Program-made: the position numbers and the translations under genes | Notes under the pieces: generated by a model | Told to the model about the DNA's origin: nothing | What the model saw: only the letters and a program-made list of their open reading frames with translations | Databases searched by the model: none | Assembly (NCBI GenBank): GCA_963793425.1 | Contig: CAWCAG010000007.1 | Coordinates: 160,001 to 224,000, forward strand | DNA length: 64,000 nucleotides | Source: an uncultured cyanobacterium | Lineage (GTDB): Bacteria > Cyanobacteriota > Cyanobacteriia > Cyanobacteriales > CAWCAG01 | Direction of reading: 5' to 3' | In this document: in pieces, positions 9,903 to 20,981 of the stretch | Layout: each line of letters opens with the position of its first letter | How positions within the stretch are numbered: position 1 is the first letter of the stretch

Positions 9903-11324
9903 TTAAACTGCCCGTTTATAAGCTTCATCCAAAACCTCAGAAAGAGTGGGATGGGTATGAACATTAAAAGCTAGATTGTGGACAGATTGGCGTTGGGCGA
10001 TCGCATTTGCGGCTTCTTGGATTAAATCGGAAGCGTGGATGCCAATAATGTGAACCCCTAACAACTCTCCGGTATCAGCGCGGTAAATAACTTTCGCCAT
10101 CCCCTCGGTTTCTCCTTCTGCAAGGGCTTTGGAGTTGCCTTTAAAGTAGGTCTTAACAGACTTCACCTCAAAACCTTCGGTTTCCCCTAATTCCTTCGCT
10201 GCTGGCTCTCCTAACCCCACATAACTAATTTCTGGATGGGTAAAAGCAGCCGCAGGAATGCTGCGATAATCGATGGTTTTTTCTCGACCGCAAATATTTT
10301 CTACCGCAATAACTCCTTGGGCAGAAGCAGCATGGGCTAACATCATCTTTCCGGTGGCATCTCCTACTCCCCAGAGGTGAGGTACAGGTTGTCCGTCCCT
10401 TAAAACAGCCATTTGTTCATTAACATCAATAAAACCTCTCCTTGTGGTTTCTACCCCCACAGACTCCAAATCTAAGTTTTTCGTAGCGGGAATACGCCCT
10501 GTAGCGACTAAGCAAGCATCTACTTCTAAAACATCAAGGGTTTCTTTGGTTTTCCCATCAGCTAATTCAATAACGACAGGACTTCCGGGAGTAACTTTTT
10601 TCGCCAAAGTTCCCACATAGGTTTCTAAATCTCTGGGGTCAATTAAAACTCGCTTGGCGATTTTAGCAATTTCTGGGTCGAAACCTGGCATTAAAGTATC
10701 TAAAGCTTCAATCATCGTGATTTCGCAGCCCAAAGCCGAGTAGACATCGGAAAACTCTAAGCCGATGTAACCACTACCAATAATGGCAATCCAATCGGGT
10801 AAAAATTCCAACCTAACTGCATCATCGCTAGTAAAGACTGTTTTACCATCAACTTCAATACCAGGAGGTACAAAAGGAATTGAACCAGGACAAAGCATGA
10901 TATCTTTCCCCGTGATAGTCCTTTCGCCTTTGTCTGTAGCTACAGTAACCTTTTGTTGTCCAGCAAGTTTACCCCAGCCCCGAATAATATCTACCTTGAG
11001 GCGCTTGAGGCTATTCGTCAAATCGCTACTAATTTTACTAACTAAATTATTAGCATGGTCTGCGATCGCCCCTCGATCAAACTCTACTCCTCCTACTTGA
11101 ACTCCTAAATCTTTGAGGTGGCCGTTACCTAATTCTCTCACCTTGCCCGAAGCAGCTAATAAGGCTTTGGAAGGAATACAGCCACGATTAACGCAGGTTC
11201 CCCCCATATCAGCCGCTTCAATAATCGCTGTCTTTAACCCACACTTAACGGCGTGTAAGGCAGCCCCATGGCCTCCTACACCAGCCCCAATAATTACCAA
11301 ATCATAATCAAATTGTTCGCTCAC
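9903..11324 (-). CDS. lpdA: Dihydrolipoamide dehydrogenase
   Basis: [19 protein letters not shown] redox motif, HPTLSE; probable GTG start at 11324 after AGGAG (ATG 11330 is an alternative). Confidence 0.96.
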   Translation of the reverse strand: MSEQFDYDLVIIGAGVGGHGAALHAVKCGLKTAIIEAADMGGTCVNRGCIPSKALLAASGKVRELGNGHLKDLGVQVGGVEFDRGAIADHANNLVSKISSDLTNSLKRLKVDIIRGWGKLAGQQKVTVATDKGERTITGKDIMLCPGSIPFVPPGIEVDGKTVFTSDDAVRLEFLPDWIAIIGSGYIGLEFSDVYSALGCEITMIEALDTLMPGFDPEIAKIAKRVLIDPRDLETYVGTLAKKVTPGSPVVIELADGKTKETLDVLEVDACLVATGRIPATKNLDLESVGVETTRRGFIDVNEQMAVLRDGQPVPHLWGVGDATGKMMLAHAASAQGVIAVENICGREKTIDYRSIPAAAFTHPEISYVGLGEPAAKELGETEGFEVKSVKTYFKGNSKALAEGETEGMAKVIYRADTGELLGVHIIGIHASDLIQEAANAIAQRQSVHNLAFNVHTHPTLSEVLDEAYKRAV

Positions 11325-11488
11325 TTTCATCTCCTGGTGCGTTATGTCCCCCTCCTTATTGTCAACTTCACTAATAACTATGGCAAGCAAGATCAAGGTT
11401 ATCAATTATCAGTTATTATTTTAAGGCTGTGCTGTTGCCTTTAAGCATCATTTACTATTGGTGAAGTGATGAACTTAATAGTGTTCCT

Positions 11489-11701
11489 ATGAATGACCAT
11501 CATCTACCGGATCGAAGCGAGGCTAATCAGGAGTTTTACCAAGCCCTAGATCAGCTCAAAAATTTGTTAGAATTCGATAACCCCGCAAGCAAGTCTTCTC
11601 AAAGCCCTCCAGAACAAGAAGCTGACTCTATTCCTGAAAAAGAAGAAGAGAAGTTAAATTGGGACGAAGTTGCCGCTGATTTAGAAGATTTGCCAGAATA
11701 A
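11489..11701 (+). CDS. Small acidic hypothetical protein
   Basis: 70-aa ORF filling the gap between lpdA and the TrmH gene; WDEVAADLE C-terminus. Confidence 0.6.
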   Translation: MNDHHLPDRSEANQEFYQALDQLKNLLEFDNPASKSSQSPPEQEADSIPEKEEEKLNWDEVAADLEDLPE

Positions 11702-11741
11702 TCAACAAAAATACTTTTTGCTAATTATGAAGTAAATCTCA

Positions 11742-11775
11742 ACTAGCCACTAGCCACTAGCCACTAACCACTAGC
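11742..11775. repeat. Heptamer short tandem repeat (CCACTAG)n
   Basis: About 5 copies, overlapping the TrmH stop codon. Confidence 0.85.
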
Positions 11776-12571
11776 AAATTGAGAGTCTCTGTCTCTGCAT
11801 TTCATAAAGCAACAAGGCAGAAGCTATAGCAACATTAAGAGATTCAACTCCCCCTTGCAAAGGAATACTGATTTTTTCATCAGCTAAAGTTGACAATTCT
11901 TCTGAAAGCCCAGCCTTTTCATTACCTAATAAAATTAAGGTGGGACGGCGAAAATCAACTTCCCAGTAAGTTTTGCTAGCTTGGGGTAAAGTTGCCACTA
12001 CCTGCATTCTGTCACTGCGTAAATCTGAGACAACCTCAATAAGATTAGAACTAACCCCCTTCTGCATCCTCAACCACTCCCCCGCAGAAGCCCGTAGAAG
12101 CTTAGGATTATCCAGAGCGACACTATCCTCGCTTAACCACAAACCACCTACACCAGTGGCTACAGCGGTGCGAATAATTGTACCTAAATTGCCAGGGTCT
12201 TGGATTCTTTCTACAATCAACCCTAAATCAATTTCATGAGTGGGCAAATTGCTAATTATTCCTCGTGAAATAGTTGCCACCACCCCATCAGGATTAACCG
12301 TAGTTGCGATCGCCCCTAGCAATTCTTCGCTAACTAACTCTACTCTGCCAGCCTTTTGAGTTGCATTTTGCCAAAGCTGAGGGTGATGACTTTGCCACGT
12401 CTGGGTATAACACAAAGTAACCAAGGGATAATTTTCCTGACAAGCTGCCCCTATTAAATTAGTCCCTTCCAGCAAAATAAGATTTTGTTCCCGACGTTCC
12501 TTGCCGTGGCGTAATTTACGCATTTGCTTAATTAAAGGATTCTGTCGGCTAGTTAAAATTCCCTCAGTCAT
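11771..12571 (-). CDS. TrmH/SpoU family RNA methyltransferase
   Basis: QDPGNLGTIIRTA, GNE..GL, ESLNVA SPOUT motifs. Confidence 0.95.
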   Translation of the reverse strand: MTEGILTSRQNPLIKQMRKLRHGKERREQNLILLEGTNLIGAACQENYPLVTLCYTQTWQSHHPQLWQNATQKAGRVELVSEELLGAIATTVNPDGVVATISRGIISNLPTHEIDLGLIVERIQDPGNLGTIIRTAVATGVGGLWLSEDSVALDNPKLLRASAGEWLRMQKGVSSNLIEVVSDLRSDRMQVVATLPQASKTYWEVDFRRPTLILLGNEKAGLSEELSTLADEKISIPLQGGVESLNVAIASALLLYEMQRQRLSIC

Positions 12572-12680
12572 ACCAAATCCTGTTCAAATAGCATAAGTTA
12601 TCGGTGAGGGTAGGGATAAGGGAGAAGGAAGAAGGAAGTAGGCAGTAGGGTTTGAGAACTTTATAAACCGGATTTAGTCT
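12570..12680. mobile_element. MITE-like element, copy A
   Basis: Imperfect terminal IR ATACCAAATCC / GGATTTAGTCT; interior homologous to 19241..19327 in the opposite orientation. Confidence 0.55.
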
Positions 12681-12746
12681 TAAAATTCCCTAACAAAAAA
12701 GCTTTTTCTTAAACTCCCTCGTTTCCTAGCTTCGCCAAAACCATAA

Positions 12747-12830
12747 TGCGGAACCCGGGACTTGAACCCGGAAGTCCTTGCGAACACATGAACCTGAATC
12801 ATGCGCGTCTACCAATTCCGCCAGTTCCGC
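12747..12830 (-). tRNA. trnL: tRNA-Leu (anticodon CAG)
   Basis: Reverse complement GCGGAAC...GGTAGACGCG CATGA TTCAGGT TCATG, long variable arm, GGTTCAAGTCC...GTTCCGCA; CCA not encoded. Confidence 0.97.
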
Positions 12831-13023
12831 TTCAATTTATCTTTTTCGCACAGTTTTTAATCGTCTCTTACTTAGCTAACTAAGTCAACCTTTTACCTAC
12901 AGCAAAAGATAATCATTTTCTCAAGTTAAAGAAAAAATTTGATAAAAATCTACACAATTGGTATCTTTCAGGTAAAGTCAAAGCGAATTTTCTTTTAGTT
13001 CGCACACTATTCACCGCATTATT

Positions 13024-14382
13024 TTGGAGGGCCGAACCATCAATACCTCTTTAAACGGAAGCACCAGCAAATCAATGTCTGAAGAAGATCAACCTGTACT
13101 AAATATCTGGGGCAGAAAGCCTCTTAAAGGTCACGTTACCATCAGTGGGGCGAAAAACTCAGCTCTGACAATTATGGCAGGGGCCTTACTTTGTCCAGAA
13201 GATTGCCGACTGCGAAATGTTCCCTCTCTGGTGGATACCAGAAGAATGGGACAAATTCTTGCTTCATTGGGAGTGGAAGTTTCTACTCAAGGGGATGTTT
13301 TAGACATCAATGCTAAAAATTTGACTGTGGGGCCTGCACCTTATGAGTTAGTCTCTCAATTAAGAGCTAGCTTTTTTGTGATTGGTTCTGTGTTAGCCAG
13401 ATTAGGTGCTGCCCGTGTTCCTTTACCAGGGGGTTGTGCTATCGGTGCAAGACCTGTGGATCTCCATGTTAAAGGTTTGCGAGCATTAGGGGCTGAGGTT
13501 CATATTGAAGGCGGCATGATTAATGCCTATGTTCCTGGGGCAAGTAAAAGGCTTAAAGGCGGGAAAGTCTATTTAGATTATCCTAGCGTCGGCGCAACCG
13601 AAACTGTGATGATGGCAGCAACCTTAGCAGAAGGGGAAAGCATTATTGAAAATGCAGCCCAAGAACCAGAAGTCGTCGATTTAGCTAACTTTTGCCGTTC
13701 CATGGGTGCAAAAATTAGTGGTGCAGGAACTAATACTATTATTGTTTCTGGGGTAGAAAGTTTGCATTCTGCGGATTATTCTGTAATTCCTGATCGTATT
13801 GAAGCGGGAACCTTTTTAGTTGCCGGGGCTATTACCCACTCAGAAATAAGTATTTCTCCTGTTTTTCCGGAGCATCTTGTTCCGGTTATTGCTAAACTAC
13901 AGTCCGCAGGATGTAACATAGTTGCAGAAGGTTCTGATTGCCTCCGCGTTATTCCTGGGGAGTTGAGAGCTACTGATATTGAAACTCTGCCTTATCCTGG
14001 CTTCCCTACAGATATGCAGGCTCAATTTATGGCTTTGATGGCTGTGAGTGAAGGTAACTGCGTCATCTCAGAAACTGTTTTTGAGAATCGCCTACGTCAC
14101 GTAGCAGAGTTGAATCGCATGGGGGCAGATATTCGCTTAAAAGGGAATCATGCCATTGTCAGAGGAGTACCAATACTTTCTGGGGCCCCAGTACTAGCTA
14201 CGGATTTGCGGGCATCTGCGGCTTTAGTATTAGCAGGTTTAGCGGCGAATGGTCAAACTGTAATCAAAGGTTTGCACCATTTAGACAGAGGTTACGACAA
14301 CTTGGAAGGTAAGTTACGTCAACTGGGTGCTTCTATTCAAAGAGATTCTTTACTCAAAGAAGAACAGTTAGTTAGTAAGTAA
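13024..14382 (+). CDS. murA: UDP-N-acetylglucosamine 1-carboxyvinyltransferase
   Basis: [17 protein letters not shown] (catalytic Cys), [13 protein letters not shown]. Confidence 0.97.
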   Translation: MEGRTINTSLNGSTSKSMSEEDQPVLNIWGRKPLKGHVTISGAKNSALTIMAGALLCPEDCRLRNVPSLVDTRRMGQILASLGVEVSTQGDVLDINAKNLTVGPAPYELVSQLRASFFVIGSVLARLGAARVPLPGGCAIGARPVDLHVKGLRALGAEVHIEGGMINAYVPGASKRLKGGKVYLDYPSVGATETVMMAATLAEGESIIENAAQEPEVVDLANFCRSMGAKISGAGTNTIIVSGVESLHSADYSVIPDRIEAGTFLVAGAITHSEISISPVFPEHLVPVIAKLQSAGCNIVAEGSDCLRVIPGELRATDIETLPYPGFPTDMQAQFMALMAVSEGNCVISETVFENRLRHVAELNRMGADIRLKGNHAIVRGVPILSGAPVLATDLRASAALVLAGLAANGQTVIKGLHHLDRGYDNLEGKLRQLGASIQRDSLLKEEQLVSK

Positions 14383-14387
14383 CTATC

Positions 14388-14446
14388 GTAGGGGCGGGTT
14401 TGAACTTAAATCATGAGATCAACCTCAAATCAAATTAACCCGCCCT
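14388..14446. repeat. REP-like hairpin with 5' GTAG
   Basis: GTAG GGGCGGGTT ... AACCCGCCC between convergent genes. Confidence 0.6.
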
Positions 14447-14452
14447 CATCAG

Positions 14453-14791
14453 TTACAACAAGCGGAAAATGAAGGGATAGCGAAATACAGCATTAGCATC
14501 AGCAACAATTTTGACAATAGCAAAAATGGGAGCCACAATACTGACAATTCCTAATACCCAAAGTAGAGGAATACCAATGAGGAAAAAGGCTAAAATACCA
14601 AAGATAATTCCGTAGAGCCAAACATTAAAGTGAAAATTGAGAGATTCTTGAGCGTTTTCTTTAACAATAGGATCTTCTGAAACTAAATAAATGGCAATAG
14701 GAATCCCCACTGAAACAACCGTTGCACTTAAGAAAATTGCTCCGTGAGATAGTCCAGAAAGCAGTTTCCGTTTGCTTAAATCTTCAGCCAT
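14453..14791 (-). CDS. DUF4870 family membrane protein
   Basis: LS.LSHG, VKENAQESLNF, FRYPFIFRL. Confidence 0.85.
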   Translation of the reverse strand: MAEDLSKRKLLSGLSHGAIFLSATVVSVGIPIAIYLVSEDPIVKENAQESLNFHFNVWLYGIIFGILAFFLIGIPLLWVLGIVSIVAPIFAIVKIVADANAVFRYPFIFRLL

Positions 14792-14953
14792 TTTTGCTCC
14801 TCCTAATTATTATTTTCAGCTTAACGTTAAAGCAATTAGTTTCATGTAGGGAAATCTGAGGGGAAATTCCCTACCTGCAATTGTTCTTTTTTATGGTAAC
14901 TATCTCTTCGGCTTAAACTAAGAATAGATTAGCAATTTTCAACTTCTTTAGTT

Positions 14954-15499
14954 ATGCCTTCACCTTTCCCAGGTATGAATCCTTACATAGAACATCCTGG
15001 TACTTGGCCAAATGTTCATCACTTATTATTGGAAATTAGAGATATAGCTAAAAATGAAGTTGTGACAGTAATTGAGGTTCTTTCTCCGGTTAATAAACGT
15101 CCTGGTAAGGGAAGGAGAAAGTATCAGCTTAAGCGACAAAGAATCTTAGAAACCGATACTAATTTAGTGGAAATTGATTTGTTGCGTAAATGGCCAAAAA
15201 TGCTAACTAGAGGTAAAGTTGTTGAAGCTAATGATTGCATTTTAGTTAGTAGAAGTTGTGAACGTCCTCAAGCAGATTTATATGCTTTTAATTTATCAGA
15301 AGCAATTCCTGCTTTCCCTCTTCCTTTACGTTCTGAAGATGAAGAACCGATTGTAGATGTACAAGGTTTGCTAGATAATATATATGACCAATCTGGCTAT
15401 GATTTAGTGATTAATTATACTAAAGAACCAATGCCAGCTTTACAGAAAAAAGATGCGGTTTGGGTTGATGAGTTTTTGCAAGAGAAAGGTTTTAGATAA
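14954..15499 (+). CDS. DUF4058 family protein with apparent in-frame internal deletion (possible pseudogene)
   Basis: MPSPFPGMNPY N-terminus joined directly to LEIRD...IEVLSP.NK; 181 aa is short for this family. Confidence 0.75.
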   Translation: MPSPFPGMNPYIEHPGTWPNVHHLLLEIRDIAKNEVVTVIEVLSPVNKRPGKGRRKYQLKRQRILETDTNLVEIDLLRKWPKMLTRGKVVEANDCILVSRSCERPQADLYAFNLSEAIPAFPLPLRSEDEEPIVDVQGLLDNIYDQSGYDLVINYTKEPMPALQKKDAVWVDEFLQEKGFR

Positions 15500-15596
15500 A
15501 GAGACACAGTTTTGGTTTGTGAACCAAAGAAACCAAAACGAAACTAAGAAGCATTAATAAAAACCAAGCAAGTAGCTTTGAGATAGCAACTAGCCA

Positions 15597-16520
15597 TTAG
15601 CCATTTACAATATCTGTCAAAGCCGGTTTCAAATCAGGATATTTGTATTCAAAACTAGAAGATTGAGTTCTTTTTGGTAAAACTTGCTGCCCTTCTAAGA
15701 CAACTTGCGCCCCTTCTCCTAATAATAACTCTAAGGCAAAATCAGGTACTGGCAGCCAAGAAGGACGGTTCATAACCTCACCTAAAGTTTGACAAAATTC
15801 GTTCATTCTCACAGGATTAGGAGCAGTTCCATTGTAAATCCCTTCTATTTCTGGTTGCTTAATCGCAGCAATAATCAAGTTAACTAAATCTTCTCTGTGA
15901 ATCCAAGAAAACCATTGACGACCAGAACCTAAAGGGCCACCAGCAAACATTTTAAAAGGAGGAATCATCTTCGCAAGTGCGCCACCATCTCCTAAAACAA
16001 TGCCGGTACGAATAACAACTAATCTTACCCCAACTCCCCTGACTTTTTGTGCTTCTGCTTCCCAAGCTTGGCAAACTTGAGCCAGAAAATCGTTACCAGA
16101 AGGGCTACTTTCTACGAAAGTTTTTGTTTCACTGCTACCGTAGTAACCAATAGCAGAACTATTAATTAATACTTGAGGTTTAATCTCTGCTTTTTTGATG
16201 CCTTCAACTATTTCTCTAGTTCCTAATTCCCGACTATCTAAGATTCTTTGTTTTTCTTCTTTTGTCCAACGAGCATTAGCAATAGGTTCCCCAGCCAAGT
16301 TAACTATCGCACTGCAACCAGAGAGTTTATTTTGCCAAGTACCTGATTGGGTGGGAGTGTAGGAAACTATTTCTAATTTAGGGAAAGTTGAGGGGGGAAA
16401 TACTTGTTGAGCGCGTTCTATTTTGCGAGTGAAAACTAAGATTTCTTGCCCTTGTTGGTACAACTTCTCTACTAAGAGCTTCCCGACAAAACCAGTTGCT
16501 CCGGTAATAGCTATTTTCAT
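15597..16520 (-). CDS. thyD: TIGR01777 family NAD-dependent epimerase-like protein (ThyD-like)
   Basis: [33 protein letters not shown]. Confidence 0.88.
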   Translation of the reverse strand: MKIAITGATGFVGKLLVEKLYQQGQEILVFTRKIERAQQVFPPSTFPKLEIVSYTPTQSGTWQNKLSGCSAIVNLAGEPIANARWTKEEKQRILDSRELGTREIVEGIKKAEIKPQVLINSSAIGYYGSSETKTFVESSPSGNDFLAQVCQAWEAEAQKVRGVGVRLVVIRTGIVLGDGGALAKMIPPFKMFAGGPLGSGRQWFSWIHREDLVNLIIAAIKQPEIEGIYNGTAPNPVRMNEFCQTLGEVMNRPSWLPVPDFALELLLGEGAQVVLEGQQVLPKRTQSSSFEYKYPDLKPALTDIVNG

Positions 16521-16625
16521 AAATTCGTTACTTATTACTAATTATTGTATTTAGTTATATTTTGGGGAAGTATGAAGGATAATTTTTTTCATACTCCACT
16601 ACTTGCTACTGTTGAAAAACGAGAA

Positions 16626-16739
16626 CTATTCTGGTTCGCCGCCTTGAATTTTAAGTAGCAAAAAGCCCCAGGCTAAACCAATCAAAACTAAAACAATACA
16701 CAAAATTGCTGTATTAAACATTAAAGTTTGGGCGTTCAT
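16626..16739 (-). CDS. petM: Cytochrome b6f subunit VII (PetM), 37 aa, not in ORF track
   Basis: Hand translation [45 protein letters not shown] upstream. Confidence 0.93.
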   Translation of the reverse strand: MNAQTLMFNTAILCIVLVLIGLAWGFLLLKIQGGEPE

Positions 16740-16836
16740 GAATTTTTCTCCTTGGTTAAAATTAGTAAAATATACCAGTCTATTGCTTATTATATAGGTC
16801 TAGTGAAATACATAGGACAATATTTGATACTGCCCA

Positions 16837-17898
16837 ATGCCCATAGTTGATAGAAATAACAAAACCAAGCTGGCGATTGCCTTGGGAGATCCCGCAGGAA
16901 TTGGTTCTGAAGTGGTCTTGAAAGCTTTAGCAAAGCCTATACTGAGAGAAAACGCTCAAATTACTCTCTTTGGTAGCCGCAGTCTTTTAAGCGCAGCCTA
17001 TCAATATCTCAGCCCTATTTGCCAGAAGAGGGGAGAATCCTTAGTTAATCCGGAAGATGTAACGGTTTTTGATATTCCTGTTGAGGAAGGAATAGAAAAG
17101 CAAATCAGCTTTGGGAAAGGGAATGCAGCTAGCGGGGCGGCGAGTTTTGCTTATTTACAGGAGGCGATCGCCCAGACAATTAAAGGAGATTTCCAAGGCA
17201 TTGTGACAGCCCCCATTGCTAAATCTTGTTGGAAAGCGGCTGGGCATAATTATCCAGGGCAAACGGAAGTTTTAGCAGAAAGTGCAGGAATAGATAAATT
17301 TGGGATGATGTTTGTGGCGCGATCGCCCCATACAAACTGGCGACTTTGTACTCTCCTTGCCACAACCCATATACCTTTGCATCAAGTTCCTACTGCCCTA
17401 ACTCCAGAGTTAATGAGTTTGAAGTTAGATTTATTGGTAGAGTTTTTAAAAACTAGCTGTGGTTTGCAAAAACCGAAAATTGTTATTTCTGGATTAAATC
17501 CCCATAGTGGGGAAGCTGGGCAGTTGGGTACAGAGGAACAGGATTGGTTGATTCCTTGGTTAAACCAACAAAGAGTTAAACGTCCCCAGGTTACTTTAAT
17601 AGGACTTGTACCTCCTGATACTATGTGGGTAAAACCAGGGCAGGCTTGGTATGGAAATTCCCAAGATTCTCAAATCAAGGTGGGAGATGCTTACTTAGCC
17701 CTTTATCATGATCAAGGTTTAATTCCCATTAAATTAATAGCTTTCGACCGTGCAATCAATACTACCATCGGTTTACCATTCATTCGCACCTCCCCCGATC
17801 ATGGTACAGCGTTTGATATCGCCGGAAAAGGAATTGCTGATTCTACTTCCATGCAAGAAGCAATTAAATTAGCAACAGAGTTAATTGCTTCTTGCTAG
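16837..17898 (+). CDS. pdxA: 4-hydroxythreonine-4-phosphate dehydrogenase
   Basis: [34 protein letters not shown]. Confidence 0.96.
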   Translation: MPIVDRNNKTKLAIALGDPAGIGSEVVLKALAKPILRENAQITLFGSRSLLSAAYQYLSPICQKRGESLVNPEDVTVFDIPVEEGIEKQISFGKGNAASGAASFAYLQEAIAQTIKGDFQGIVTAPIAKSCWKAAGHNYPGQTEVLAESAGIDKFGMMFVARSPHTNWRLCTLLATTHIPLHQVPTALTPELMSLKLDLLVEFLKTSCGLQKPKIVISGLNPHSGEAGQLGTEEQDWLIPWLNQQRVKRPQVTLIGLVPPDTMWVKPGQAWYGNSQDSQIKVGDAYLALYHDQGLIPIKLIAFDRAINTTIGLPFIRTSPDHGTAFDIAGKGIADSTSMQEAIKLATELIASC

Positions 17899-17990
17899 TT
17901 GCTAGTTGCGAAGAGTGAATTTATCAATACGTTCAATAAAATCATAATTCAACAAACGATTAATGTTTAATGATAAATGATAAATGATTA

Positions 17991-19238
17991 ATGGTTTCCA
18001 TTGCCCGTAAAAACTTACTTGAAGATAAGCTTCGTTTCTTGGTAGCACAGGCAGGAATTATGTTTGCTGTTAGTTTGGTGACGATTCAAACAGGTATTCT
18101 CAATGGTTTTACTCGTTCCACTGCCTTATTAATAGATCAATCTCAAGCAGACATTTGGGTAACTTCTCAAAAGATGGTGCAGCTTGAATTAACTGAAGCA
18201 TTACTTTTAAGACAAATGACTCAAGCGAGGAAAGTTGAAGGAGTTGCTAAGGCAGAAGCGGTAATGATGGGGGGAACTCGTTGGGATACTGCTAAAGGTG
18301 AACTTACCCCTCTCAGGGTATTTGGTTTCGATCCTGCTGGGGAATTATTTGTACCAGGAATAATTTCTAAAAAAGATGTAGCAGCTTTGCAAAAACCTTA
18401 TACAGTAATTGTTGATGAAACTAACTTATCTGCCTTGAATATTAAGGGTACAGGCGCGAAAGCAACTATTGCTTCTTTACCGACTAAAATAGTTGGTTTG
18501 ACTAGTGATACTCAATCTTTAGTTTCTAGTGCTAGTGCTTTTACTTCCTTAGAAAATGCTAACATTTATCTCAATTCTGGCTTAACTTCCCAACTAGATT
18601 GTCAGCTAAAATTGGGGGATGTGCAATGCCAAACTATTTATAATCAGTCTGAGGAAAAAAGTTCTTCTTCCTTATTAGATAAACCTATAAAATTAAATCT
18701 TAATGACCCCATTGCTTATATTCTTATCAAAGCTAAACCAGAGCAAAACATTGCCAAACTCAAAGTTAAACTTGAAGAAAGTTTACTAGGAACTAGTGCT
18801 TACACTCGACAAGAAATGGCTGATAAAACTCGCTCTTATTGGCTACAAAGAACAGGATTAGGATTTGTTTTTGGTTTAGGGGCAGTGGTAGGAATAATTG
18901 TGGGGGTAGTAGTAGTGGGACAAATTCTTTATACTTCAGTTTCAGAACATCTTAAAGAATTCGCCACCATGAAAGCAATGGGTGCTTCTAATTGGGGACT
19001 TTATCGAGTAATTATTGAACAAGCTTTGTGGATGGCAATCTTAGGTTATCTTCCTGGTATGTTACTCTGTTTGGGTCTAGCAAAATGGACAATAACAACC
19101 CAAGGTATTCTGATTTTAATCACTCCTTTAACTGCTGGTGGAGTGTTTGTAATTACTATTTTGATGTGCGTTGGTTCGGCTTTATTTGCAGTGCAAAAAG
19201 TGACTAGTATTGACCCAGCAATTGTTTTTAAGAGTTAG
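17991..19238 (+). CDS. FtsX/MacB-like (DevC-type) ABC transporter permease
   Basis: MVSIARKNL, periplasmic domain, EFATMKAMGA, C-terminal DPAIVFK. Confidence 0.88.
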   Translation: MVSIARKNLLEDKLRFLVAQAGIMFAVSLVTIQTGILNGFTRSTALLIDQSQADIWVTSQKMVQLELTEALLLRQMTQARKVEGVAKAEAVMMGGTRWDTAKGELTPLRVFGFDPAGELFVPGIISKKDVAALQKPYTVIVDETNLSALNIKGTGAKATIASLPTKIVGLTSDTQSLVSSASAFTSLENANIYLNSGLTSQLDCQLKLGDVQCQTIYNQSEEKSSSSLLDKPIKLNLNDPIAYILIKAKPEQNIAKLKVKLEESLLGTSAYTRQEMADKTRSYWLQRTGLGFVFGLGAVVGIIVGVVVVGQILYTSVSEHLKEFATMKAMGASNWGLYRVIIEQALWMAILGYLPGMLLCLGLAKWTITTQGILILITPLTAGGVFVITILMCVGSALFAVQKVTSIDPAIVFKS

Positions 19239-19240
19239 TT

Positions 19241-19327
19241 TATCAATCATCATTTAAAGTTCTTAAACTATGCTCCCTACTCCCTACCCTAACAGATAAG
19301 TTATACGACTCAACACCAATTTGGTAT
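19241..19327. mobile_element. MITE-like element, copy B (degenerate left end)
   Basis: TAAAGTTCTTAAAC..CCCTACCCT.AC.GATAA.TTAT..ATTTGGTAT matches the reverse complement of 12570..12680. Confidence 0.5.
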
Positions 19328-20115
19328 TAAAGAGATACTTCTTCAATCTCTTCTATAGAAGTTAACCAGTCTTCTTTACTTAAAGATGGTTTAGCTTCTG
19401 GAGTGCGGTGACAACGTGTTGCAAAATGACAATACTGACATTCTCCTTTGGATTCAGGTACTTGAGGAAAAGGAATTTCTTTGGTGAGATAGTTGTTCGA
19501 CCAAATATCTAGTTGAGTAAGTAAAGTTATTAAGTCTTGTTCGGTTCGTTCATGCTGTGCTTGACTATACTTAAAAGTAAGAGACTGGGGTTCTTTGGGT
19601 AATTTCACAAACCAGTAAGTTAGAGAAACTTGTTCTGGTAAATAACTAGAGGTTTCTACTAATAGATATAAATACAAGCGGGTTTGCCAGTTTTTTGCTA
19701 ATAACTCTCGGTTTTCTGGTTGTAAATAAGTCTTCCAATCCAGAATTTTTCCTTGATCTTCCTTAGCAATTAGTAAGTCATAAATAACAGCTAATAAATA
19801 CCCTCGAAAGTCAAGAGTACGATAATGTTCCGCCTCTCGCCAAACTTGAGAATTAAGAGAGAAAACTTCTGGGGCAGCTTCAACTAAAGCTTGAATGGAA
19901 CGATGGATTTGTTCGTCTTCTGTAAATAAAGCTTCAATGGGTAAACCTAATTCTCTTTGCTGCATCAAGGTATGAAAGCGATTTCCCCAAGTTACTTTAT
20001 CTTGTTGCTGTGGACTTAAAGGGAAATTGAATCCGTCGAAATAAGTATGTTGAAATTTACGAGGACAGGTATTTAGTAAGTTTAATTGTCCTTGAGAAAG
20101 ACGAGCGTTAAACAT
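19327..20115 (-). CDS. PD-(D/E)XK nuclease family protein (Cas4/AddB-like, 4-Cys)
   Basis: N-terminal CPR, G..FH, YDLL, DWKT, Q..LY, C-terminal C..C.....C. Confidence 0.85.
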   Translation of the reverse strand: MFNARLSQGQLNLLNTCPRKFQHTYFDGFNFPLSPQQQDKVTWGNRFHTLMQQRELGLPIEALFTEDEQIHRSIQALVEAAPEVFSLNSQVWREAEHYRTLDFRGYLLAVIYDLLIAKEDQGKILDWKTYLQPENRELLAKNWQTRLYLYLLVETSSYLPEQVSLTYWFVKLPKEPQSLTFKYSQAQHERTEQDLITLLTQLDIWSNNYLTKEIPFPQVPESKGECQYCHFATRCHRTPEAKPSLSKEDWLTSIEEIEEVSL

Positions 20116-20390
20116 TGAGCATTTTAGCAATAGGTAATTATTGGTATGAGAAAGTAACTTCTTCTGTTAAATTACTTATTGGTGATGAAGAAGCAAGTAT
20201 ATATATACTACTTTTATCTTCTCTTCTTTTTGCGATTTTAATTGTGATCGTTCTCAGACATTTCTAAGAACAAAAACTATCGAGTACTTTTACTTAAAAT
20301 CTTGATTACAAGTAGTCTTTGATACTAAAAATCGACGTGATCTGCTAATTCAGAAATTCCTATAAATATTAGTTATTTCTTCGTAATTTA

Positions 20391-20981
20391 TTATTGTTTC
20401 TCTTTCGTTAGGACGAAGACACTGCCCTCATTTCCTCTCCCTATACGGAGATCGCCGTCAAGGTAGGTAATATCCAGCCAACCCTGTTGTTCCCGATTTT
20501 CGATACTAAAGTCAAGGGGAGAAAACTTTTGTCCGGCTTCAATTTGCTTAATAAATTCGCTCACAGACTCATAGTTTAGCAAGCGCTGTAGACCTAGAAT
20601 AGAGCGCTCGAACTTAACATCAACACGAGATTGGGAGACTGGTTTGAACCCTGCTACCACAGAAACTAATCCTTCTAAGAAGGGTATTCCCATTACCTCA
20701 GCAATATTGTAAACTCTAGCTCCAGAGGTGCGGATACATTGATAAATTTGACCGAGTTGTAGCAAGGGGAAACGGTCTAAACCCAACAACCCATTACTGG
20801 TGGTATAAAGTAGTCTCCAGTTTCCTTCTAAAAGTTCCCCAGCTTCTACAGGGTTGGGAGTCGGATTTGTATCTTCTAGCTGAGATATAGCCGCAAGGAT
20901 AGCTACTTTTTCAATTTCAGTAGTGAGTAAGCCGCGATTTTGACCGGCGATCGCTTCTAGCAACTCAGCTTTCTTACTCAC
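20391..20981 (-). CDS. PAP/fibrillin family protein
   Basis: LE..NP, LEGNWRLLYTTS, LDITYLD..LRIGRGN; GTG start at 20981 after AGGAG. Confidence 0.9.
   Translation of the reverse strand: MSKKAELLEAIAGQNRGLLTTEIEKVAILAAISQLEDTNPTPNPVEAGELLEGNWRLLYTTSNGLLGLDRFPLLQLGQIYQCIRTSGARVYNIAEVMGIPFLEGLVSVVAGFKPVSQSRVDVKFERSILGLQRLLNYESVSEFIKQIEAGQKFSPLDFSIENREQQGWLDITYLDGDLRIGRGNEGSVFVLTKEKQ

Noticed and set aside
4940..12239. Antisense ORFs 4940..5128, 7356..7538, 7920..8294, 9053..9328, 10783..11100, 11113..11307, 11973..12239
   Set aside because: Shadow frames opposite well-supported genes, with no recognisable motifs
12570..12830. tRNA-Leu as an integration site for an island or prophage
   Set aside because: No integrase or duplicated tRNA 3' end seen; flanks are housekeeping genes
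19327..20115. Cas4-like nuclease as evidence of a CRISPR-Cas locus
   Set aside because: No repeat-spacer array or other cas genes anywhere in the window
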